Source: Candidatus Methylomirabilales bacterium (lineage in GTDB: Bacteria > Methylomirabilota > Methylomirabilia > Methylomirabilales > 2-02-FULL-66-22). Taken from it: DNA of 38,078 nucleotides. Position 1 is the stretch's first letter. Each line of letters begins with the position of its first letter. Both the position numbers and the translations under genes were made by a program. Below are positions 17,807 to 27,596 of this stretch, one piece after another. The DNA lies in contig JBIOJT010000003.1 of assembly GCA_044451055.1 (NCBI GenBank), forward strand, positions 1 to 38,078. The letters run 5' to 3'. A model generated the notes under the pieces. It did no database searches and was not told where the DNA came from. It worked only from the letters and a program-made list of their open reading frames with translations.

Positions 17807-18286
17807 ATGCTGAAGGAGGCATTTGACAATCTTATCGAAGGAGTCTGCGCGATCCTGATGGTCGCGCTGGCCGTGGTGGTCTTCATCCAGGTATTCAACC
17901 GGTTCATTCTTCAGACCCCTTTGGCCTGGTCGGAAGACCTGGCCATGCTCCTGTACCAGTGGGTGGTGTTTGTGGGGGCGGCGCTCGGGGTGAAGCGCAT
18001 GCGCCACTTCGGCATCGAGCTGGTTGTGAGGCAGTTCCCGGAACACTGGCGCCACCGGATCGAGATGGTGACCCCGCTGGTCATGCTGGTCGTGGCGGTG
18101 GTGATGGTCGTCCAGGGATATACCCTCCTCACCCTGAACGTGAACCGGACCTACGCCACCATGAATCTCTCCTACACATGGGCGTTCCTCCCGATCCCGC
18201 TTGGCGGCGTGCTCATCATCATCTATCTGATCCAAGTCGAAGCCCAACGCTGGAGGCAGGCGAAGGAGGAGGGCCCTCAGCCATGA
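17807..18286 (+). CDS. dctQ: TRAP transporter small permease
   Basis: Four hydrophobic segments; QVFNRF, WSEDLA, HFGIE. Confidence 0.92.
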   Translation: MLKEAFDNLIEGVCAILMVALAVVVFIQVFNRFILQTPLAWSEDLAMLLYQWVVFVGAALGVKRMRHFGIELVVRQFPEHWRHRIEMVTPLVMLVVAVVMVVQGYTLLTLNVNRTYATMNLSYTWAFLPIPLGGVLIIIYLIQVEAQRWRQAKEEGPQP

Positions 18287-19572
18287 GCACGATCCTGGTC
18301 CTCGTCGCCAGCTTCATCCTCCTCTTGGCCGTCAACGTGCCGGTCGCCTTCTCCATGGTGTTGTCCTGCATCGCAGCGTTTTCTTGGCAGGGCGCCATTC
18401 CCATGTCAACCGTCACGATGAAGCTGTACTCAGGAATCGACACGTTCCCTTTCCTGGCCATCCCTCTTTTCATCCTGGCCGGCGGCCTGATGGAGCAGGG
18501 CGGAATCTCCCAGCGGTTGGTGCGCCTGGCCTCGAACCTGGTCGGGCACATCCGTGGGGGGCTGGGCTTCGTGGTTGTCGTAGCCGAGATATTCTTTTCC
18601 GGGATCTCCGGCTCTTCCATCGCGGACGCCTCCGCCATCGGGGCCCTTCTCCTGCCGTCCATGGTGCGGGCGGGCTACCCGGCGTCCCAGGCGGCCTCGA
18701 TCGTCGCCGCCGCCACCGGGATGGGGATGCTGATCCCGCCTTGTCTCAACATGGTCGTCCTGGGGGCGATGTCGAACATCTCCATCGCCGGCCTGTTCAT
18801 GGGGGGCTTCCTCCCCGGCTTCCTCATGGCCGTGACCCTGATGATTCTCATCTACATCTACTCCGTCCGGGGGATCCTTCCGGGCGCAACGCAGGCGCGG
18901 CCGAGCGTCCGGGATGTCCTCATCTCCATCCGGGACAGCGTGATTCCCCTGATGATGCCGGTCATCATCTTCGGCGGGATCTTCGCGGGGATCTTCACGG
19001 CCACCGAGGCGGCGTCGGTCGCCACCGTCTACGCCTTCATCGTGTCGTTTTTCTGGTACAAGGAGATCAGCCGGCGCGACCTGTACAAGATCCTGGTGGA
19101 CACCGCCGTCATGACGGGGGTCGTCTCGCTCCTGGTCGGGGCCGCCACGGGTTTTTCCTGGATCCTGGCTACTCATCAGGTCCCGCGCATGATCGGCGAT
19201 TTCATCACTGGGATCGGTGGGGGCAAGACCATCTTCCTGCTCATGACGATCACGGTGTTCCTGGTGTTCGGCATGATCCTGGACGGCCTACCGGCCATCC
19301 TGATTTTCTTCCCCATCCTGTTTCCCATCGCCACGGCGGTGGGTCTGCATCCGCTTCACTTTGGGGAGCTGGTGATCGCCACGATAGGGGTCGCCATCAT
19401 CGCCCCCCCCATCGGGCTGTGCCTGGTGATCATCTGTAGTATCGCCAGGATCAAACTGTCGGACACGATCCAGCCGTTGATTCCGTACACGCTCATCTTG
19501 ATCATTGACCTGATCATCATGGCCTTCTGGCCGCGGTTGGTCCTCTTCCTGCCCGAGATGTTCAAGCTGTGA
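18283..19572 (+). CDS. dctM: TRAP transporter large permease
   Basis: LAIPLFILAG, SGSSIAD, LIPP, TATEA, PPIG. ATGA overlap with dctQ. Confidence 0.94.
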   Translation: MSTILVLVASFILLLAVNVPVAFSMVLSCIAAFSWQGAIPMSTVTMKLYSGIDTFPFLAIPLFILAGGLMEQGGISQRLVRLASNLVGHIRGGLGFVVVVAEIFFSGISGSSIADASAIGALLLPSMVRAGYPASQAASIVAAATGMGMLIPPCLNMVVLGAMSNISIAGLFMGGFLPGFLMAVTLMILIYIYSVRGILPGATQARPSVRDVLISIRDSVIPLMMPVIIFGGIFAGIFTATEAASVATVYAFIVSFFWYKEISRRDLYKILVDTAVMTGVVSLLVGAATGFSWILATHQVPRMIGDFITGIGGGKTIFLLMTITVFLVFGMILDGLPAILIFFPILFPIATAVGLHPLHFGELVIATIGVAIIAPPIGLCLVIICSIARIKLSDTIQPLIPYTLILIIDLIIMAFWPRLVLFLPEMFKL

Positions 19573-19652
19573 TCCAAGGACAGGGGGGCACATATCCCGT
19601 GTAACTCCGCAACGATCCGGCAGGACGCAGATAACATTCCGAGGTGAGGAAC

Positions 19653-20642
19653 ATGGCCAAGCTGAAGGTCGGCTTCATTCCCATCGAAGGCGGGCACTAT
19701 TACAAGGAGGCGCTGGAGGAGGTCATTCGGGGCGAGGATCTGGGGTTCGACTCCATCTGGATGGAAGAGCATCATGCCGTACCGAACCACTACTGGCCGT
19801 CGCCCCTCACGGTGCTGGCCGGCTTCGCCACGCGGACCGCCAAGGTCACCCTGGGCACCGACATCCTGGTGGCCCCCTTCTACCACCCGGTCCGGCTGGC
19901 CGAGGAAGTCGTGCTCCTGGATATCATGTCGGGCGGCCGCTTCGTGCTGGGCGCGGCCATCGGCTACAAGCCGGACGAGTTTGCCCTCTACGGGATCGAC
20001 CTGGAGAAACGCGGCGCCCGCTTCGTGGAGCAGCTGAGCATCCTGAAGGCCCTCTGGACGCAAGAGTCCGTCTCATTCAAGGGGAAGTACTTCAGGGTGG
20101 AAGGCAAGCTGGAGCCAAAGCCCATCACCAAGCCCCATCCGCCGGTGTGGATCGGGGGCTGGGGAGCGCTGACGCTCAAGCGCGCCGCCAGCCTGGGCGA
20201 CAACTGGATCCCCGGTCCCACGGCCGATCTCGCCCGCCTCCTGAACGGCAAGAGGCAGTTCCTGCAAGACCGCGTAGCCGCCGGACGCACGGCGCCCATC
20301 ACCGAGTGGCCGCTCACCCGGGACGTCATCATCGCCGACACCGACAAGCAGGCGCGGGACCTGGCCGAGCGGCACATCATGGACGCATACCGGAAGGAAT
20401 ATGCGGGAGGGTGGAAGCACCCGTTCATCGACGCCTCCATCGCCACGGACCTCGACGCCCTCATGAAGAATCGGTTTCTCATCGGCGGCCCCGATCAGGT
20501 CGTGCGGGCGCTCCGGCCATTCGTGGAAGAATACGGGATGACCCACCTGATCTGCCGCCTGTTCTTCCCGGGGATGCCCCACCGGCACATCCTGCGGGAG
20601 CTGGAACTTTTGTCCCAGCAGGTCCTGCCGGCCTTCCGGTGA
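19653..20642 (+). CDS. LLM class flavin-dependent oxidoreductase
   Basis: GFDSIWMEEHH, HPVRLAEE, LDIMSGGR, PHPPVWIGG. Start at ATG 19653 or GTG 19644. Confidence 0.92.
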   Translation: MAKLKVGFIPIEGGHYYKEALEEVIRGEDLGFDSIWMEEHHAVPNHYWPSPLTVLAGFATRTAKVTLGTDILVAPFYHPVRLAEEVVLLDIMSGGRFVLGAAIGYKPDEFALYGIDLEKRGARFVEQLSILKALWTQESVSFKGKYFRVEGKLEPKPITKPHPPVWIGGWGALTLKRAASLGDNWIPGPTADLARLLNGKRQFLQDRVAAGRTAPITEWPLTRDVIIADTDKQARDLAERHIMDAYRKEYAGGWKHPFIDASIATDLDALMKNRFLIGGPDQVVRALRPFVEEYGMTHLICRLFFPGMPHRHILRELELLSQQVLPAFR

Positions 20643-20684
20643 GACCTCGGCGTCGCGGGCGCGCGCCCCGTGCAGGGTTTGGCG

Positions 20685-20713
20685 TTGACAATTTCACCGC
20701 CCCTGGGTAGTGT
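20685..20713 (+). promoter_or_regulatory. sigma70-type promoter for ilvE
   Basis: TTGACA-17 bp-TAGTGT. Confidence 0.6.
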
Positions 20714-20755
20714 GAGGCTGCACCTGCGTGCAGGACGCCACGAAGGGGGACGCTC

Positions 20756-21667
20756 ATGCAGACCGTGTACTTCAACAAGCAGTTCATCCCGCTGTCTGAG
20801 GCCAAGGTGAGCATTCGGACGAATGCCTTGCACTACGGCAGCGGGGTGTTCGAGGGGATCCGCGCCTACTGGAACGCAGCCGAGCAGCAGCTCTTCGTCT
20901 TCAAGCTCCCCGAGCACTTCGAGCGCATGGTCGGTAACTGCAAAGTCCTTAAGCTCAAGCTGGACCACGACGTGAAGGAGCTCTGCGCCACCACCGTGGA
21001 CCTGCTCCGCAGGAACCGGCCCAAGGAGGACACCTACATCCGGCCCATCGCCTACATCAGCTCCGAGGGCCTGGGTCCGAAACTGGTCGGGTATGAGACC
21101 GGGTTCGCCATCTACACCATCCCGCTGGGTGAATACATCGACACCGCGGTGGGGATCAAGGTCGGCTTCTCCTCCTGGCGGCGGATCAGCGACAACACCA
21201 TTCCGGCCCGCTGCAAGGTGACCGGCGGGTACGTGAACTCGGCGCTGGCCAGGACGGAGGCGATGGAACAGGGCTATGACGAGGCGATCTTCCTCACGCA
21301 GGACGGCTTCATCTCCGAGGGATCGGCGGAGAACATCTTCATGGTCCGGAACGGCGGTCTGATCACCCCGGACCGCTCCCAGGACATCCTGGAGGGGATC
21401 ACCCGCGACGTCCTGCTCACCCTGTGTCAGGAGGAACTGGGCCTCACGGTCGTTGAGCGCCAGGTGGGTCGGACGGAGGTGTATGTGGCCGACGAGGTGT
21501 TCCTCTGCGGGACCGGTGCGCAGGTCTCTCCCGTGATCGAGGTGGACCGCCGCCCCGTCGGCAGCGGGAAGATGGGCCCCATCACGGCCCGGATCCAGCA
21601 GCTGTACTTCGAGGTCGTCAAGGGCAATCACGGGAAGTACCGCCACTGGTGCACGCCGGTGTATTGA
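20756..21667 (+). CDS. ilvE: Branched-chain amino acid aminotransferase
   Basis: LHYGSGVFEGIRAY, YIRP, KVTGGYVNS, EGSAENIF, LEGITR, DEVFLCGT. Confidence 0.95.
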   Translation: MQTVYFNKQFIPLSEAKVSIRTNALHYGSGVFEGIRAYWNAAEQQLFVFKLPEHFERMVGNCKVLKLKLDHDVKELCATTVDLLRRNRPKEDTYIRPIAYISSEGLGPKLVGYETGFAIYTIPLGEYIDTAVGIKVGFSSWRRISDNTIPARCKVTGGYVNSALARTEAMEQGYDEAIFLTQDGFISEGSAENIFMVRNGGLITPDRSQDILEGITRDVLLTLCQEELGLTVVERQVGRTEVYVADEVFLCGTGAQVSPVIEVDRRPVGSGKMGPITARIQQLYFEVVKGNHGKYRHWCTPVY

Positions 21668-21735
21668 CGCAGTGGACAGGGGTCGGGGGGTGGGGGGTCG
21701 AGGAAAAGCCTCGAACAGGTTGCAGGGAAAATGAA

Positions 21736-21774
21736 CGCGGCCCAGAAGATATTTTCCGGGCCGCGGTGTTGTTT
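21736..21774. terminator. Hairpin between convergent ilvE and romX-like genes
   Basis: CGCGGCCC/GGGCCGCG stem followed by GTGTTGTTT on the plus strand. Confidence 0.5.
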
Positions 21775-21811
21775 CAGGAATCCCCGGACGAGAGCGTCCG
21801 GGCCCCGTGCA

Positions 21812-22084
21812 TCACCAGATGTTCGACTCCACGTTCCCCCGTCCCTTCACCAGGATGTCCACGATCGCCTGATTGAAGTAGTCCGTCTGGGAAGCCACCG
21901 CCGGATCGACGTTCTTGTCGTAATACTTCCGCCCTTCCGCCAGCTCTTCCTCCAGCACCTGGAACAGGCTGTCGTTCTTGATCCCCTGGACGATCTTCTC
22001 CCGGTTGTAGAGGACGATGTCGCCCACGATCAAACGGGCGAGGCGCTTGGCGCGCTCGTGCGGGTCCTTCCGATCCACGGCCAT
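21812..22084 (-). CDS. romX: RomX-like small protein
   Basis: 90 aa. RAKRLARLIVGDIVLYNREKIVQGI..D.LF.VL.EEL.EGR..Y...V...YF..AI.DI......V.S.IW matches my recollection of Myxococcus RomX. AGGAGG RBS. Confidence 0.75.
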   Translation of the reverse strand: MAVDRKDPHERAKRLARLIVGDIVLYNREKIVQGIKNDSLFQVLEEELAEGRKYYDKNVDPAVASQTDYFNQAIVDILVKGRGNVESNIW

Positions 22085-22129
22085 GGGTCATGCGCCTCCT
22101 GCGGGCGCCGGCTGGCCCGCCGGCACCGG

Positions 22130-23524
22130 CTAGGGCTCGAACAGGCGGAGCTGGGCGAGATCCTCCATCGGGAACGCCACGGGATACTCCATGCTGAAGC
22201 AGGCATGGCAAAAGCCGCTGTCCTTCCCGACGGCTGAGAGCAGGCCCTGCATGCTGAGATACCCCAGGCTGTCGGCGCGGATGTAGCGGCGGATCTCCTC
22301 CACCGAATGGCTGGAGGCGATGAGCTCCTTCCGCGTGGGCGTGTCAATCCCGTAGTAGCACGGGGAGATCGTGGGGGGCGAGCTGATGCGCATGTGAACC
22401 TCGCGCCCCCCGGCCGACCGGATCATGCTCACGATCTTCCGGCTGGTGGTCCCGCGCACGATGGAGTCGTCCACCACCACCACCCGCTTGCCCTCCAGGA
22501 TCTCGCGCACCGGGTTCAGCTTGATCTTCACCCCGAAGTGGCGGATGTTCTGCTTGGGCTCGATGAAGGTGCGGCCCACGTAGTGATTGCGGATCAGGCC
22601 ATGATCGAAGGGTAGCCCCGACTCCTGAGCGAACCCCAGGGCGGCCGGCACCCCCGAGTCGGGGACCGGGATCACGAGATCCGCCTCGGCCGGCGCCTCT
22701 CGCGCCAATTGCCGGCCCAGCGCCTTGCGGACGGTGGCCACGTTCTGCCCGTACAGCAGGCTGTCGGGGCGGGCGAAGTAAATGTACTCGAAGATGCACT
22801 GGGCCGGCCGGCCCGCCGGCAACGGGCGATAGGATTTCAGTCCATGGGGCGTGATGTGGACGAACTCGCCCGGCTCCAGGTCCCGGACGAAGGTGGCATC
22901 GATCAGGTCGAAGGCACAGGACTCCGATGCCAGAACCCAGGCATCCCCGAGGCGCCCAAGGGACAGGGGCCGGAATCCGTGAGGATCCCGGATCCCCAGC
23001 AACTCGGTTTCGTTCATCACCACCAGGGAATAGGCGCCCGAGACCTGGCTCAGCGCCTCAGCCGTGGCCTCCACCAGGTCATCTCTGCCAGAGCTGGCGA
23101 TCAGGTGGACGATGACCTCGCTGTCGGTGGTGGAGCTGAAAATGGACCCGCGGCTCTCCAGCTCGGCCTTCAGCAGGTGGGCGTTCACCAGGTTCCCGTT
23201 GTGGGCCAGGGCCACCCCGCCGTGCCGGTACGTGGCGACGATGGGCTGGGCATTCTTGAGCTGGGAGCTGCCCGTCGTGGAATATCGGACGTGGCCGATG
23301 GCCAGGGAGCCCTTGAGTCGTCGGAGACGCGTTTCACTGAAGACGTCCGCCACGAGGCCCATGGCCTTTTCCAGGTGGAGTGTGTGGCCATCCGAGACGA
23401 CGATCCCGGCGCTCTCCTGCCCTCGATGCTGGAGGGCATAGAGCCCGAGGTACGTGAGATTGGCCGCTTCCACACGCCCCAGGATTCCGAAGATCCCGCA
23501 GGCCTCTCGAAACCTATCGAACAT
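22130..23524 (-). CDS. purF: Amidophosphoribosyltransferase
   Basis: Short propeptide then CGIFG; [32 protein letters not shown]. Fe-S cysteines present (CIFE, PCYYG, FCHAC). Confidence 0.97.
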   Translation of the reverse strand: MFDRFREACGIFGILGRVEAANLTYLGLYALQHRGQESAGIVVSDGHTLHLEKAMGLVADVFSETRLRRLKGSLAIGHVRYSTTGSSQLKNAQPIVATYRHGGVALAHNGNLVNAHLLKAELESRGSIFSSTTDSEVIVHLIASSGRDDLVEATAEALSQVSGAYSLVVMNETELLGIRDPHGFRPLSLGRLGDAWVLASESCAFDLIDATFVRDLEPGEFVHITPHGLKSYRPLPAGRPAQCIFEYIYFARPDSLLYGQNVATVRKALGRQLAREAPAEADLVIPVPDSGVPAALGFAQESGLPFDHGLIRNHYVGRTFIEPKQNIRHFGVKIKLNPVREILEGKRVVVVDDSIVRGTTSRKIVSMIRSAGGREVHMRISSPPTISPCYYGIDTPTRKELIASSHSVEEIRRYIRADSLGYLSMQGLLSAVGKDSGFCHACFSMEYPVAFPMEDLAQLRLFEP

Positions 23525-23585
23525 TGGCCTTCCCCATCACCCCACGGTGGGGCATCCAGACCACCGGTGAATCCCTCGCCAATGA

Positions 23586-23651
23586 AAAACCGGCAACCGA
23601 TGACTGAAAACCGGCCTTGGGTCCAGTTGTGGCTAGTCAGTTGCCGGTTTG
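23586..23651. repeat. Palindromic 7-bp-unit intergenic element
   Basis: AAAACCG GCAACCG ATGACTG AAAACCG ... CAGTTGT GGCTAGT CAGTTGC CGGTTTG. Confidence 0.75.
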
Positions 23652-23671
23652 AACTTCTCCTTTGCCGCTTC

Positions 23672-24838
23672 TTACAGGATCCGCTTTATTCCCTGGATCG
23701 CCTGGCGCGTTCGGTGCTCATTCTCCACCAGGGCGAAGCGCACGTACTCGTCCCCGTACTGCCCGAAGCCGATGCCCGGGGACACCGCCACCTTGGCCCG
23801 CTCCAGGAGAAGCTTGCTGAACTCCAGGGAACCCATCATCCGGAACTGATCCGGGATCTTGGCCCACACGAACATGGTCCCTTGGGGTCTGTCGATCTTC
23901 CAGCCCACGCGCGTCAACCCCTCGCACAGGACATCCCGGCGAGAGGCATAGGTCTGCGCGATGTCTCCCACGCAATCCTGTGACCCGTTCAAGGCGATGA
24001 TGGACGCGATCTGGATGGGCTGGAACAGACCGTAGTCCAGGTAGCTCTTGATCCGGGTGAGCGCGGCGATGATCCGCGGGTTGCCCACCGCGAACCCGAC
24101 ACGCCAGCCGGGCATGTTGTAACTCTTGGAGAGCGTGAAGAACTCCACGCCCACCTCCTTGGCGCCCGGCGCCTGCAGGAAGCTGGGCGCCTGGTAGCCG
24201 TCGAACGTCAGGTCGGCGTAGGCGAAGTCGTGGATCACGATCAGGTCGTGGTCCTGCGCGAAGGCCACGATCTTCCTGAAGAACTCCAGATCCACCACCG
24301 CCGTCGTGGGATTGTGCGGGAAACTGAGGATCAGCAGCTTGGGTTGCGGCCACGACTCGCGGAAAGCCGCCATCAGGTTCTCGAAGAAATCTTCCCCTGG
24401 ACCCAGCCGCACGTGGCGCACGTCTCCACCGGCAATGATGACGGAGTAGGCGTGGATCGGGTACGTCGGATTGGGAACGAGGGCAACGTCCCCGGGCTCC
24501 ACGATGGCCAGGGCCAGGTGGGACAACCCTTCCTTCGCTCCGATGGTGGCGATGGCCTCGGTCTCGGGGTCGAGCTCCACGCCGTAACGCCGGCGGTACC
24601 AGTCGCAGATGGCGTGGCGAAGCTTGGTGATCCCTCGCGAGGCGGAATACCGGTGGTTGCGGGGGTTGCGCGCCGCCTCGCAAAGCTTCTCCACGATGTG
24701 GGTGGGCGTTGGCAAGTCCGGGTTGCCCATGCCGAAGTCGATGATGTCCTCGCCCCGCGCCCGCGCCTGGACCTTCAGGTCGGTCACGATGGCGAAGACG
24801 TACGGCGGCAGCCGCTTGATCCGCTTGAACTCTTCCAT
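23672..24838 (-). CDS. alaC: Class I/II PLP aminotransferase, AlaC/YfdZ-like
   Basis: [58 protein letters not shown]. Substrate inferred. Confidence 0.82.
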   Translation of the reverse strand: MEEFKRIKRLPPYVFAIVTDLKVQARARGEDIIDFGMGNPDLPTPTHIVEKLCEAARNPRNHRYSASRGITKLRHAICDWYRRRYGVELDPETEAIATIGAKEGLSHLALAIVEPGDVALVPNPTYPIHAYSVIIAGGDVRHVRLGPGEDFFENLMAAFRESWPQPKLLILSFPHNPTTAVVDLEFFRKIVAFAQDHDLIVIHDFAYADLTFDGYQAPSFLQAPGAKEVGVEFFTLSKSYNMPGWRVGFAVGNPRIIAALTRIKSYLDYGLFQPIQIASIIALNGSQDCVGDIAQTYASRRDVLCEGLTRVGWKIDRPQGTMFVWAKIPDQFRMMGSLEFSKLLLERAKVAVSPGIGFGQYGDEYVRFALVENEHRTRQAIQGIKRIL

Positions 24839-24858
24839 GCCCCCTCTGAACCCCTGAC

Positions 24859-24980
24859 AGCGTTCGGCTGTTCGACCGGTCGACTGTTCGGCGGTTCCCC
24901 TCTGCGAAATGACTCGAACGGCCGGGACCCACGGCGCCCGGCGCTGACCCACCGTCGTGGCGTGGCTCCCCCGAACGCTT
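24859..24980. repeat. Palindromic 8-bp-unit intergenic element, copy 4 (with internal insert)
   Basis: AGC GTTCGGCT GTTCGACC GGTCGACT GTTCGGCG GTTCCCCT ... ACTCGAAC ... CCGAACGCT. Perfect 9-bp terminal inverted repeat. Confidence 0.8.
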
Positions 24981-24989
24981 CTCCTGCCG

Positions 24990-25904
24990 TTACGCTGGAA
25001 CCCCTTCGACTTTGCGTGCGGTCAGCTCCGCGTGGTAACTGCTCCGGACCAGTGGGCCCGAATAGACACCCTTGAACCCCAGGACGTACCCCATCTCTTC
25101 CAGGGCCTTGAACCGATCGGGATGCACGAATTCCACGACCGGCAGATGCTGCTTCGTCGGCTGCAGGTACTGGCCGATGGTGAGGAGGTCGCAGCCCACC
25201 CCGCGCGCGTCCCGCATCAGCGCCAGCACCTCTGCCTCGGTCTCGCCAAGGCCCAGCATGATCCCGGTCTTGGTGATGGGTTGCCCGAGTTCCCTGGCGA
25301 TCCGCAGGACCTCGAGGGAGCGATGGTAACGAGCCTGGACGCGGACCTTCTTGGACAGCCGCTCCACCGTCTCGAGGTTGTGATTGAAGACGGTCGGCCG
25401 GCTTTCCACCACGGCGTGAATGCTCTCCCGGTTCGCCTTGAAGTCCGGGACCAGCACCTCTATTTGGGCTCCAGGATTCAGTTCACGGATGGCGCGGACC
25501 ACGGCGGCAAAGTGCGCGGCCCCACCGTCTCTCAGGTCGTCCCGGGCCACCGAGGTTACCACCACGAACCTCAGGCCGAGCCGGCGGCTCACCTCAGCGA
25601 CGTGCCTCGGCTCTTCCGGGTCGGGCGGAGCCGGCCGCCCGGTCGTGACAGCGCAGAACCCGCAACTCCGCGTGCAGGTGTCCCCCAGAAGCATGAAGGT
25701 GGCCGTCCCTCGGGTCCAGCACTCGCCCTGGTTGGGACAGCGGGCCTCCTCGCACACTGTATGCAGGCGAGACCCACTGAGGAGCACCCGCATGTCGTGC
25801 ACCCGCTCCCAGTGGCCCGACCTGGCGCGTAACCACGGCGGGAGCCGCCGCGCCGGCGGCGCGGGCGTCCCCATTCCCTCAATCTGCAAGAGCTCCAGTG
25901 TCAT
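24990..25904 (-). CDS. lipA: Lipoyl synthase
   Basis: [42 protein letters not shown]. Confidence 0.97.
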   Translation of the reverse strand: MTLELLQIEGMGTPAPPARRLPPWLRARSGHWERVHDMRVLLSGSRLHTVCEEARCPNQGECWTRGTATFMLLGDTCTRSCGFCAVTTGRPAPPDPEEPRHVAEVSRRLGLRFVVVTSVARDDLRDGGAAHFAAVVRAIRELNPGAQIEVLVPDFKANRESIHAVVESRPTVFNHNLETVERLSKKVRVQARYHRSLEVLRIARELGQPITKTGIMLGLGETEAEVLALMRDARGVGCDLLTIGQYLQPTKQHLPVVEFVHPDRFKALEEMGYVLGFKGVYSGPLVRSSYHAELTARKVEGVPA

Positions 25905-25938
25905 CGGCTCGCTATTTTTCGGCTATCGTCGGCCCGGT

Positions 25939-27333
25939 TCATGAGGCGCGCAGGCGGGCTTTGTGGATCGCCTGCCCGTGGACGTCGTGCATGGCCTCGC
26001 CCACGGCCTCGGGCAGCGTCGGATGGGAATGGATCGTCTCCGCCACCTGATGCACCGTCAACCCGTGGCGAACGGCCAGCACACCTTCCGCGATGATGTC
26101 GGTGGCGTGCGGCCCTACGATCCCAACCCCCAGGACCGTGTCCGTCTGAGCGTCGGCCACCACCTTCACCATGCCGGCCGTCTCCCCGATGCACATGGCC
26201 TTGCCCAGGGCGGCGAAGTTGAACCGGCCCACCTTGATCGTACGCCCTTGCTCCTTCGCCTGGGGCTCGGACAGGCCCACGCTGGCCATCTCCGGGTCGG
26301 TGTAGATGCAATTTGGGATCGCAGAGTAATCCATGGTCTCGTGGCCGCCCGTCGCATTCGCAGCCGCTACCAGCCCCTGCATCGAGGCCACGTGCGCCAG
26401 GAGCGAGATGCCGGTGACATCTCCGATGGCGTAGAGTCCGGAGACGGAGGTCTCCATCCGTTCATTCACCTGGATGGCTCCACGCTCCGTCTTCACCCCC
26501 ACGGTCTCCAGCCCGATCCCGTGGCTGTTCAGGCGCCGCCCCGCGGCGATGAGAACCCGTTCCGCCTCCAGGCTGGTGTTGCCACTCACCTGCACGCGGA
26601 CACCGGCGGGCGTGCGCTCCACCTTCTCCACTTTCGTATTCACGTGGACGGCGACGCCCTGCTTTTGGAGGGCGCCCTGGAGGACACGAACGAGCATCGG
26701 ATCCTCCATGGCGAGAATCTGCGGCAGCATCTCCACCACCGTCACCTCGGTGCCCAGGCTGCTCAACATGGAGGCGAACTCCATGCCGATGACGCCGCCG
26801 CCCACGATGAGAAAAGTCCTCGGCAGTTCGGGCAACTGCAGGGCCTCGGTGCTGGTCAGCACCCGCTCGCCGTCCACCTCCACGCCGGGAATGCCCGCCG
26901 GCTCGGAGCCGCTGGCGAGGATGATCGCCTTGCCTGTCACCGTCTCCGCAGTGCCGTTGGCGGGGACCTGGACAGTCCTGGCGTCCACCAGGCTGCCCAC
27001 GCCCTGCTTGACCACGACCTTGGCGGCACCCAGGAGCGTGTGGACGCCCTTCACCTGGGCGCCGACGACGTCATTCTTCCGGCTCTGGGCCTTGCCCCAG
27101 TCAAAGCTCCACTGGCTGGCATTGACGCCGAAGGCCCCGCCCTCCTTTGCTCGCTTCCACAGCGCCGCTGAATGGATCAGGGCCTTGGAGGGGATGCAGC
27201 CTCGGTTCAAGCACGTTCCGCCGACGACGTCCTTCTCGATGAGGCAGACTTTCGCCCCGCGCTGGGCTGCGCGCAGGGCGGCCACATAGCCACCCGGACC
27301 GGCCCCCAGGACCACCACATCGTACGCACTCAT
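25939..27333 (-). CDS. lpdA: Dihydrolipoamide dehydrogenase
   Basis: GAGPGGY, GGTCLNRGCIPSK, GGGVIGME, AIGDV, HPTLPE. Confidence 0.96.
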   Translation of the reverse strand: MSAYDVVVLGAGPGGYVAALRAAQRGAKVCLIEKDVVGGTCLNRGCIPSKALIHSAALWKRAKEGGAFGVNASQWSFDWGKAQSRKNDVVGAQVKGVHTLLGAAKVVVKQGVGSLVDARTVQVPANGTAETVTGKAIILASGSEPAGIPGVEVDGERVLTSTEALQLPELPRTFLIVGGGVIGMEFASMLSSLGTEVTVVEMLPQILAMEDPMLVRVLQGALQKQGVAVHVNTKVEKVERTPAGVRVQVSGNTSLEAERVLIAAGRRLNSHGIGLETVGVKTERGAIQVNERMETSVSGLYAIGDVTGISLLAHVASMQGLVAAANATGGHETMDYSAIPNCIYTDPEMASVGLSEPQAKEQGRTIKVGRFNFAALGKAMCIGETAGMVKVVADAQTDTVLGVGIVGPHATDIIAEGVLAVRHGLTVHQVAETIHSHPTLPEAVGEAMHDVHGQAIHKARLRAS

Positions 27334-27525
27334 TCGGCTCAGGCTCCCGTGATCTTTCGGTTCGTCCGCTCTCGGCTGCTAGAACGACGAAGCCCCCGAC
27401 CGGGGGCTTGACCGAGATCGACTCCAACCTGGAATGATGCCGGACTTCAGCGGGGCGAGCACTGGCGGAGTTTCCTTCTCCTCCACTGCGTCAAATCCTT
27501 TCGTCTCGCGATGTTGTATGCTGCG

Positions 27526-27554
27526 AGGCTAGCAAAGGAACCCCAGGGTGTCAA
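27526..27554 (-). promoter_or_regulatory. sigma70-type promoter for lpdA-lipA
   Basis: TTGACA-17 bp-TAGCCT with extended -10 TG. Confidence 0.6.
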
Positions 27555-27596
27555 CGTGTTTCTGCCCAAGATTTTTTCAGAGAACTTCGAACGAGA

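Noticed and set aside
24839-24952. N-terminal extensions of alaC, IMPase, coaX, valS, dctM and the oxidoreductase in the ORF track
   Set aside because: They translate repeat elements or neighbouring genes. RBS-supported downstream starts match family N-termini.
27355-27390. Seventh copy of the 8-bp element
   Set aside because: Only one GTTCG and one TAGAAC are present, without clear periodicity.
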